Source of the DNA: Mobula hypostoma | Lineage: Eukaryota | DNA: 64,000 nt | Assembly (NCBI RefSeq): GCF_963921235.1 | Contig: NC_086108.1 | Location: 54,562,001 to 54,626,000, forward strand | Direction of reading: 5' to 3' | In this document: one piece after another, positions 50,770 to 60,600 of the stretch | How the letters are laid out: every line of letters begins with the position of its first letter | Position numbering within the stretch: position 1 is the stretch's first letter | Notes under the pieces: model-generated | Databases searched by the model: none | The model's input: the letters and a program-made list of their open reading frames with translations, nothing else | What the model was told of the DNA's origin: nothing | Made by a program: the position numbers and the translations under genes

Positions 50770-52360
50770 AAATAACCAGGTTGTTCTCATGATTGGCCCC
50801 TCCTTAATGCAAGAGGCTTAGATGGGGCAGAATTTGTTAGGGGTATCCAGGAAAGATTCCTGAGAAAATATATGAGTAGAGTGACTAGAGGAGGAGCCAT
50901 ACTGGATCTAATACTAGGCATTGAACTTGGCCAGGTGTCAGATATCTCTGTGGGTGAGCATTTCGGAGACAATGACTGCAACTGCCTGACCTTTATCACA
51001 GTCTTGGACAAGGAGCAGATAGTATGGGAAAATATTTAATCAGGGGAGGAATAATTATGATGGAATTAGCAGGAATTTGGAAACATAGTTGAGAACAGAT
51101 ATTCACAGGGAAATGTACAGCAGGAATATGGAGATTATTTAGGGAGCACTTGCATGGGGTTCTGGATAGGTTTGTCCCATTAAGGCAGGGAAAATATGGC
51201 AGCTTAAAGGAACTTTAACTTTGACTAGAGGAAGATGGAAGCATACATATGGTTCAGGAAGCAGGGCTCTTGAGAGTTATAAGGTAATCAGGATGTGAAT
51301 TTGCATTTATTTAAATTTTACATCCATCCCATAATCTGAGGGAGTAAAAATCTTAGCGTTATGACTTTGTCACAATGTATAGACATGTGAATTTATAAGT
51401 TTAATGGCTTGTAGAAAGAAGCTATCCGGTAGTCTGTAGGTCCTGACTTTAATGCTGCGATATCGTTTGCCAGACAGAAGCAGCTGAAACAGTTCATGGT
51501 TGGGTTGACTGGTGTCCCCGATGATTTTCCAGACCTTCTTTCTGCACCTATAGCTGTAAATATGGATTTTAGTAAGGTATTTGACAAGGCTTCACATGGA
51601 AAGCTCGTTCAGAAAGTCAGGAGGCATTGGACCCAGGGAAACTTGGCTGCGTGGATTCAGAATTAGTTTGTCCACAGAAGCAGAGACATGGAGTGTATTC
51701 TGCCTGGAGGTCAGTGACCAGTGGTATTCAGCAGGGAACTGTTCTGGTACCTCGACTCATTGTGATTCTTATGGCTTGGTTGAGGAAGTAGAAGGGTGGG
51801 TTAGTAAGTTTGTAGATGATATGAAGGTCGGTTGTGTTGTGGATAGTGTGGAAGGTTGTCAGAGACATAGATAGAAAGCAGAGCTGGTTTGAGAATTGAC
51901 AGATGGAGGTCAATCCAGAAAAGTGTAAAGTGATACACAGTTTGGAAGGTACATTAAGGCAGAATACAAGGTTAATGGCAAGATTCTTAACAATATAGAG
52001 GAACAGAAAGATCTTGGGGGTTCCTGTCCATATATCACTCAAGGTTGTGCACAAGTTGATAGGGTGGTTAAGAAGGCATATGGTGTGTTTGCCTTCATTA
52101 TTCAGGGGATTGAATTCAAGAGATGCAAGGAAGTTTTCTAGCTGTATCTGGTTAGCCCACACATGGAGTATTATATTGCCTCATGAAGGATGTGGAAGCT
52201 TCAGAGAGAAGTGCATGGATTAGAGAAGATGTGTTAGAGAGGAAAGTCTGAGTAAGCTAGGGCTTTTCTCTTTGGAGTGAAGGAAGATAAGAGGCTCTTT
52301 GAAAGATGTGACTAAGATGATAAGAGGCATGGACAGAGTGGACAGCCAGTGTCTTTTTCG
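50770..52360 (+). mobile_element. Fragmented old CR1, with a short minus-strand LINE 3' end inserted near 51295-51550
   Basis: RGGAILDLILG, MDFSKVFDK, WVSKFVDDMK and 3' ORF2 remnants. Confidence 0.75.
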
Positions 52361-52757
52361 AAATGCTATTCTATATTCTACGTCCTGTGATAGCATTGTG
52401 ATTAACTCATTTGCTGAGCAAGTCTCAGTTGAAGAAGAGTGTGGAAATTGTCAGTGAAACCCATATCCAATAAATCAATGGTAGAAGAATTTAAGATTAG
52501 TCAGGGCTCCACACTTTAGGAAAGATGTGCTGTCCTTGGATATTCACCAGAACGATACAAAGCATAAAATGTTAAGTTATAATGACAGATTATGTGGAAT
52601 CAGATTAATTATGCATTTTTTATCTCCATCTTGACTGCCTCAATGAATGCTCATGTGAAATTTACTGTCTTGCTCCGAACTTGCATGAATCCTACACATC
52701 CATTTCGCTTCTCCATTTGTTGTCTAATAATGAATCACAACATCCTTCAATGGCTGA

Positions 52758-53230
52758 AAAGGTTCAAAGTAAATTTATTATCAAAGTACATGTATCAAAA
52801 TACAAAGTACACACACTACCCTGAGATTCATTTTCTTGCAGGCATTCACAGTAAAAACAAAGAAACAAAAGAATCAATGAAAAAACACATAGATCAAAGA
52901 CAGACAAGCAGTCTATATGTAAAATCATTAAACTATGCAAATATGAAAAGAAAAAAAACCAAAATAAATAAATAAGCAATAAATATCCAGAATATGTGCT
53001 GAAGAGTCTTTGAAAGTGAGTCCATTTGTTCAGTGTTTGGATGAGTGAAGACGAGTGACATTATCCTCTCTGCTTCAAGAGCCTGATAGCTGAGGAGTAG
53101 TAACTGATCTTGAACCTGGTGGTATGGGACGTGAGACTCGTGCACATCTTTCCTGATGGCAGCAGCGAGAAGAGAGCATGGCCTCGGTGATGGGGGTCCG
53201 AGATGATGCATGCTGCTCTCCTAGACAGTG
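52758..53230 (-). mobile_element. Rex1/Babar-like LINE 3' fragment, same family as 46268-47043
   Basis: Shares the GTTCAAA..ATTTATTATCAA.GTACATG...CTGAGATTCATTTTCTTG block and the decayed DPHHPGHALFSLLPSG motif. Confidence 0.7.
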
Positions 53231-53840
53231 CATTCTTTTCGCGAGGACCAGAATATAAAAGTAAGGATGAAATGTCGAGGTTTTATAAAGCATTGGAGAG
53301 GTCTCACTTGGAATATTGTGAGCAGTTTTGGGTCCCTTCTCTAAGAAAGGATGTGTTGACATTGGGAGGGTTTACAGCAGGTTCACGAAAATGATTCCAG
53401 GATTGAAAGGTGTGTTTGATGGCTCTGGGCCTCTACTCCCCGGAATTCAGAAGAATGAGGAGCGGCCTAATAGAAACCTATCAAATGTTGAAAGGCCTTG
53501 ATAGAGTGGATGTGCAGAAGGTGTTTTCTATGGTGGGGGAGTCTAAGACCAGAGAACGCATCCTCAAAATAGAGGGATGTACTTTTAGAATGGAGATGAG
53601 GAAGAATTTCTTTAGCCAGTGACTGGTGGATCTGTGGAATTTGTTGCCACAGGCGGCTATGGAGGCCAAGTCATTGGGTAGCGGTTGTTAGATTCTTGAT
53701 TGGTCAGGGCATGAATGGATATGGGGAGAAGGCAGGAGGTTGGGGCTGAGGTGGAAAATGAATCAGTCATGATGAAATGGCAGAGCAGACTCAATGGACC
53801 AAATGATCTAATTCTGCTCCTTATGCTTTCTTATGGTTTT
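53231..53840 (+). mobile_element. CR1 LINE 3' fragment
   Basis: RSHLEYCEQFW, EFRRMRSGLIETY, EMRKNFFSQ; TCTTATGG tail. Confidence 0.88.
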
Positions 53841-55091
53841 TATTGTGTATAGTTGTACCAAATAAAGTGGCCACTAAGGGTATGTCTGTGATAATAAACC
53901 TGATTCTGAACTGTGGCATTTATGATAAAGGATGTAGGAGGGTTGATACAGGTAAAGTAGCACAGACAAATAGGATATCACAACCAGTTGCTCAAGAGTT
54001 GTGAAAATCATAGAAAGCTGCAGATGGTGGAAATCTGAAATAAAGACAAGAGGTATTGGAGGCACTCATTGAGAAATAAAAGAACTTAAAATTCAGGTCG
54101 ATGAGATTTGTCAGGAAAAGTTCTGATGGGAGGTCTTTTATTTAAGATTTTAGCATTCTTTCCAAGACGTTGCCAGATCTGTTGAACATATACGTAATTT
54201 TGTGGTTTGCTTAGCGTTTATGGCAGAAAGCATTTTTGCATACAGACGCGTAGAGGGAACTTCAAATTCTCTTCCAGACATGGCTTATGAGGCGAATATT
54301 AATATCAAAACTGAATCTCTTTTGTAATGTTAGGACAATAATGAATATGGAACTTTGATCTTATTGAATGGCAGTGCAGGCTGAAAATGGAGTGGCCAAT
54401 GTAATTTTAGTGAAAATGGGAACATGTAGTAGGTGTTGATGCAGGCAAACATAATGTTTTTCATACTTTTTATTATTTCATTCAGCATTCTTGTAGGCTT
54501 TTTCTTTCATATCTCAGTTTTATTTTCTCTGTCAATTGTGAAACTGTTTATTTTTAGAAGTCTTATGTTGAAGCTCATTATTAACTGAGTTTGCTAAAGT
54601 CAGCATTTGGGGATGATAAATAACCTCCACACTCTTAAATCAGACAGCAGGAAAGTCAGCCATGGTTCAAACTCTTAGTTATAAAACATTAACCTTAGTG
54701 GAAAATGTAAGTGCTTTTGGATATTGTGTCAGGATAACATCTGTCTTAGCTCTTCTACTTCTGAGTAAAAAGACGGCTGGCATTTTTTTTAAGGTCACAT
54801 ATAAAGGTTGGCAATTGGAAGACGTGTAATGGCATCCTGAAAGACAGCTGTGTGAGAGATTATAGGAAAGAAATCAAAAAAGAGATAACAATTAATGAAT
54901 ATATAGGAGCCCAAACCAACTCTATGCCTTATGAATTTCCAACTGGAATAGATCAATGGCTAAACGAGCTCGATTCATAAAAAAATCCTGCAGCTCTAAG
55001 TACAGTAATTGCACCTCAATAGTAAGTTGGTACTGCTCAGTATAACCTTCGCCTATGAGCGGGTGGTTGCAATTTTTAGTGCAGTAATTAT

Positions 55092-55617
55092 CAGACATCC
55101 CACCTCTCCCGGAAGTTCCGGGAGTGTCCCGCATATTAATAGTGGCTCCCTGATGCCCGCAAATTGTATACAATATCACGGAAATCAATTTTTTTGAGAG
55201 CGAGAGTGCGAGAGCACTTGAGAGCGTGCGAGCGACCACGAGAGAGAGAGAGAGAGAGAGCGCGAGCGAGAGCACGCCATGGCAGAGTGTTCCAAAAAAA
55301 ATATAAAGCGTACGTCACCCCAGATTACACTAAAGTGTACCCCTGCCTAATAGGGGTCAAAATAATGTCAGTGTTGCTCGCTGCACTGTTTGCAACAGTG
55401 ACTTTTCTATTGCCCATGGTGGGTTAAGACTGTAAAAGACATGTTGAGGTGAGTTTAACTGGTGTCATTCGTTCATTAGCATTGCTAACGTTATTTAAAC
55501 TAGCTGGCCAGCTGCTAAGGAGCTACTCTACTGCAGACATCCCACCTCTCCCGGAAGTCTCCTGTAAATTGATGGTGTTACCTCCCTGAAATGAGTTTTT
55601 GCAGGGTGGGATGTCTG
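55092..55617. mobile_element. Non-autonomous DNA transposon (MITE, 526 bp)
   Basis: Perfect 13-bp TIRs CAGACATCCCACC/GGTGGGATGTCTG; 6-bp TSD AATTAT (55086-55091, 55618-55623); internal (GA)n near 55240-55260. Confidence 0.9.
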
Positions 55618-56180
55618 AATTATATTCAACTTGCATTGCTATCAATTTTTGAAAGCAAGATATTGTTAAAAGCTCAATTTTATGGGATTTACAAGCCATC
55701 AGTCTCCAGCATTTCTTAGGGAGTGGCTGGGCTAACATCATGACAGCAGTGAGGAAGTGCTTGGATCAGATTTTGATTAACTGTCAAACCCAGCATGGCA
55801 GATCTTTTACCACAATGAGCACCCAGGAAATCTGAATTAAAAACTTTAAGTGCTTAGCATATCAGAAAATGTGCTCACACAGAGAAAATGGGGTTAATAT
55901 TTCAGAGTGAAAGACTTCCCTAAAAAAAGACATATCTAAGTGTCTACAATACAAGAAAGGGGAAGGGAATAAAAAATTATTGAATTGCCGCATCATGCTG
56001 CCTGGAAAAAGGCCATTCAGCCCAACTCAACTACACTGATCTGTCATAGTCCGGTCCACTAAGTCCGCATTCCAGTTCATGGTCCGGTCCACCAACCCTT
56101 GCTCCAGGTTTTCTTATCTGCCCTGTTTCTGTTCTTGTTGAGCTCTAACTGAGTCAGTTGATGCTAGTTGGGGCTGGCTG

Positions 56181-56188
56181 TATAAATA
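56181..56188 (+). promoter_or_regulatory. TATA box of the LTR
   Basis: TATAAATA about 140 bp into the LTR, the expected U3 position. Confidence 0.55.
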
Positions 56189-56267
56189 CCTCCAGAGACC
56201 AGGGTGTGGCCGCTGGATTGTTCTTGTCCTTACTCCTTGTATCCCTTGCTCTGCCTTCTGTTTTCTC

Positions 56268-57378
56268 GCCTGAAGCCTTGCCTCGCCTTGCCTCGCCTCG
56301 CCTCGCCTGAAGTTCTGTCTCGCCTTGCCTTGCCTTGCCTTGCCTTGCCTTGCCTTGCCTGAAGTTCTGTCTCGCCTTGCCTTGCCTTGCCTTGCCTGTA
56401 ACTCTAGGCTCGCCTGAAGTTCTGTCTCGCCTTGCCTTGCCTTGCCTTGCCTTGCCTTGCCTTGCCTGTAACTCTAGGCTCGCCTGAAGTTCTGTCTTGC
56501 CTTGCCTTGCCTTGCCTTGCCTTGCCTGAAGTTCTGTCTCGCCTTGCCTTGCCTTGCCTTGCCTGAAGTTCTGTCTCGCCTTGCCTTGCCTGTAACTCTA
56601 GGCTCGCCTGAAGTTCTGTCTCGCCTTGCCTTGCCTTGCCTGTAACTCTAGGCTCGCCTGAAGTTCTGTCTCGCCTTGCCTTGCCTTGCCTTGCCTGTAA
56701 CTCTAGGCTCGCCTGAAGTTCTGTCTCGCCTTGCCTTGCCTTGCCTTGCCTTGCCTGTAACTCTAGGCTCGCCTGAAGTTCTGTCTCGCCTTGCCTTGCC
56801 TTGCCTTGCCTGTAACTCTAGGCTCGCCTGAAGTTCTGTCTCGCCTTGCCTTGCCTTGCCTTGCCTGTAACTCTAGGCTCGCCTGAAGTTCTGTCTCGCC
56901 TTGCCTTGCCTTGCCTTGCCTTGCCTTGCCTTGCCTTGCCTTGCCTTGCCTGTAACTCTAGGCTCGCCTGAAGTTCTGTCTTGCCTTGCCTTGCCTTGCC
57001 TTGCCTTGCCTGAAGTTCTGTCTCGCCTTGCCTTGCCTTGCCTTGCCTGAAGTTCTGTCTCGCCTTGCCTTGCCTGTAACTCTAGGCTCGCCTGAAGTTC
57101 TGTCTCGCCTTGCCTTGCCTTGCCTTGCCTTGCCTGTAACTCTAGGCTCGCCTGAAGTTCTGTCTCGCCTTGCCTTGCCTTGCCTTGCCTGTAACTCTAG
57201 GCTCGCCTGAAGTTCTGTCTCGCCTTGCCTTGCCTTGCCTTGCCTGTAACTCTAGGCTCGCCTGAAGTTCTGTCTCGCCTTGCCTTGCCTTGCCTTGCCT
57301 TGCCTTGCCTTGCCTTGCCTTGCCTTGCCTGTAACTCTAGGCTCGCCTGAAGTTCTGTCTCGCCTTGCCTTGCCTTGC
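56268..57378 (+). repeat. Composite minisatellite I: GCCTGAAGTTCTGTCTC + (GCCTT)n + GCCTGTAACTCTAGGCTC
   Basis: Directly visible tandem array with a variable pentamer count. Confidence 0.97.
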
Positions 57379-57418
57379 TGTCTGGTCCTGGAGCCACCCT
57401 GTACCTAGCTCCTTTCCT

Positions 57419-57554
57419 GTCCCTTGCCTCTGCCCAGGTAAGCCAGGCCGTCTTGCCGTTACCTGGGGTTGGTTCTGTCCCTTCCAGTCCCTTGCCTCTG
57501 CCCAGGTAAGCCAGGCCGTCTTGCCGTTACCTGGGGTTGGTTCTGTCCCTTCCT
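57419..57554 (+). repeat. 68-bp tandem duplication (two copies), each containing a hairpin
   Basis: GTCCCTTGCCTCTGCCCAGGTAAGCCAGG... begins at 57419 and 57487. Confidence 0.9.
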
Positions 57555-57623
57555 GTCCCTTGCCTCTGTCGGGTGCTGATCTGCGCCCTGCCCAGGAGAT
57601 CCGTGCCCTGCCCAGGAGGAGCC

Positions 57624-60600
57624 AAGCCTCGCCTCGTCTCAAGTCTCCAGCCTCCAGCCTCGCCTCGCCTCAAGTCTCCAGCCTCCAGCCTCGCCTCGCC
57701 TCAAGTCTCCAGCCTCCAGCCTCGCCTCGCCTCAAGTCTCCAGCTTCCAGCCTCGCCTCGCCTCAAGTCTCCAGCCTCCAGCCTCGCCTCAAGTCTCCAG
57801 CCTCGCCTCGCCTCAAGTCTCCAGCCTCCAGCCTCGCCTCAAGTCTCCAGCCTCCAGCCTCGCCTCAAGTCTCCAGCCTCCAGCTTCGCCTCGTCTCCAG
57901 CCTCCAGCCTCGCCTCGTCTCCAGCCTCCAGCCTCGCCTCGCCTCAAGTCTCCAGCCTCCAGCCTCGCCTCGCCTCGCCTCAAGTCTCCAGCCTCCAGCC
58001 TCGCCTCGCCTCGCCTCAAGTCTCCAGCCTCCAGCCTCGCCTCGTCTCCAGCCTCCAGCCTCGCCTCGCCTCAAGTCTCCAGCCTCCAGCCTCGCCTCGC
58101 CTCAAGTCTCCAGCCTCCAGCCTCGCCTCGCGTCTCCAGCCTCCAGCCTCGCCTCGCGTCTCCAGCCTCCAGCCTCGCCTCGCCTCAAGTCTCCAGCCTC
58201 CAGCCTCGCCTCGCCTCAAGTCTCCAGCCTCCAGCCTCGCCTCGCCTCAAGCCTCCAGCCTCCAGCCTCGCCTCGCCTCAAGTCTCCAGCCTCCAGCCTC
58301 GCCTCGCCTCAAGTCTCCAGCCTCCAGCCTCGCCTCGCCTCAAGTCTCCAGGCTCCAGCCTCGCCTCGCCTCAAGCCTCCAGCCTCCAGCCTCGCCTCGC
58401 CTCAAGCCTCCAGCCTCCAGCCTCGCCTCGCCTCAAGTCTCCAGCCTCCAGCCTCGCCTCGCCTCAAGTCTCCAGCCTCCAGCCTCGCCTCGCCTCAAGC
58501 CTCCAGCCTCGCCTCGCCTCAAGCCTCCAGCCTCGCCTCGCCTCAAGTCTCCAGCCTCGCCTCGCCTCAAGTCTCCAGCCTCGCCTCACCTCGCCTCGCC
58601 TCAAGTCTCCAGCCTCCAGCCTCGCCTCAAGTCTCCAGCCTCCAGCCTCGCCTCAAGTCTCCAGCCTCCAGCCTCGCCTCGTCTCCAGCCTCCAGCCTCG
58701 CCTCGCCTCAAGTCTCCAGCCTCCAGCCTCGCCTCGCCTCGCCTCAAGTCTCCAGCCTCCAGCCTCGCCTCGCCTCAAGTCTCCAGCCTCCAGCCTCGCC
58801 TCGTCTCCAGCCTCCAGCCTCGCCTCGCCTCAAGCCTCCAGCCTCCAGCCTCGCCTCGCCTCGCCTCAAGTCTCCAGCCTCCAGCCTCCAGCCTCGCGTC
58901 TCCAGCCTCCAGCCTCACCTCGCCTCAAGTCTCCAGCCTCCAGCCTCGCCTCGCCTCAAGTCTCCAGCCTCCAGCCTCGCCTCGCCTCAAGCCTCCAGCC
59001 TCCAGCCTCGCCTCGCCTCAAGCCTCCAGCCTCGCCTCGCCTCAAGTCTCCAGCCTCGCCTCACCTCAAGTCTCCAGCCTCCAGCCTCGCCTCGCCTCCA
59101 GCCTCGCCTCAAGTCTCCAGCCTCCAGCCTCGCCTCGCCTCAAGTCTCCAGCCTCCAGCCTCACCTCGCCTCAAGTCTCCAGCCTCCAGCCTCGCCTCGC
59201 CTCAAGTCTCCAGCCTCCAGCCTCGTCTCGCCTCAAGCCTCCAGCCTCGCCTCGCCTCAAGTCTCCAGCCTCCAGCTTCGCCTCGCCTCAAGTCTCCAGC
59301 CTCGCCTCGCCTCAAGCCTCCAGCCTCGCCTCGCCTCAAGTCTCCAGCCTCCAGCCTCGCCTCGCCTCAAGTCTCCAGCCTCCAGCCTCCAGCCTCCAGC
59401 CTCCAGCCTCGCCTCGCCTCAAGCCTCCAGCCTCGCCTCGCCTCCGGCCTCCAGCCTCGCCTCGCCTCTAGTCTCCAGCCTCCAGCCTCGCCTCGCCTCG
59501 CCTCAAGTCTCCAGCCTCCAGCCTCGCCTCGCCTCCAGCCTCGCCTCAAGTCTCCAGCCTCCAGCCTCGCCTCGCCTCAAGTCTCCAGCCTCCAGCCTCG
59601 CCTCGCCTCAAGTCTCCAGCCTCCAGCCTCGCCTCGCCTCAAGTCTCCAGCCTCCAGCCTCGCCTCGCCTCAAGCCTCCAGCCTCGCCTCGCCTCAAGTC
59701 TCCAGCCTCGCCTCGCCTCAAGTCTCCAGCCTCCAGCCTCGCCTCGCCTCAAGTCTCCAGCCTCCAGCCTCGCCTCGCCTCCAGCCTCGCCTCAAGTCTC
59801 CAGCCTCCAGCCTCGCCTCGCCTCAAGTCTCCAGCCTCCAGCCTCGCCTCGCCTCAAGTCTCCAGCCTCCAGCTTCGCCTCGCCTCAAGTCTCCAGCCTC
59901 GCCTCGCCTCAAGTCTCCAGCCTCGCCTCGCCTCAAGCCTCCAGCCTCGCCTCGCCTCAAGTCTCCAGCCTCCAGCTTCGCCTCGCCTCAAGTCTCCAGC
60001 CTCGCCTCGCCTCAAGTCTCCAGCCTCGCCTCGCCTCAAGTCTCCAGCCTCCAGCCTCGCCTCGCCTCGCCTCAAGTCTCCAGCCTCCAGCCTCGCCTCG
60101 CCTCCAGCCTCGCCTCAAGTCTCCAGCCTCCAGCCTCGCCTCGTCTCCAGCCTCCAGCCTCGCCTCGCCTCAAGTCTCCAGCCTCCAGCCTCGCCTCGCC
60201 TCGCCTCAAGTCTCCAGCCTCCAGCCTCGCCTCGCCTCAAGTCTCCAGCCTCCAGCCTCGCCTCAAGTCTCCAGCCTCCAGCCTCGCCTCGTCTCCAGCC
60301 TCCAGCCTCGCCTCGCCTCGCCTCAAGTCTCCAGCCTCCAGCCTCGCCTCGCCTCAAGTCTCCAGCCTCCAGCCTCGCCTCGCCTCGCCTCAAGCCTCCA
60401 GCCTCCAGCCTCGCCTCGCCTCGCCTCAAGTCTCCAGCCTCCAGCCTCGCCTCGCCTCGCCTCAAGCCTCCAGCCTCCAGCCTCGCCTCGCCTCGCCTCG
60501 TCTCCAGCCTCCAGCCTCGCCTTGCCTCAAGTCTCCAGCCTCCAGCCTCGCCTCGCCTCGCCTCAAGTCTCCAGCCTCCAGCCTCGCCTCGCCTCAAGTC

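Noticed and set aside
56268..57378. Repeat/spacer alternation resembling a CRISPR array
   Set aside because: The intervening segments are (GCCTT)n rather than unique spacers; the context is eukaryotic with no cas genes.
57537..59471. 644-aa Ser/Pro/Ala/Leu-rich ORF, and the many short RRGEAGGW ORFs on the minus strand
   Set aside because: The satellite modules contain no stop triplets on the + strand in any frame, so the ORF is a compositional artefact ended by one point variant (TAG at 59469).
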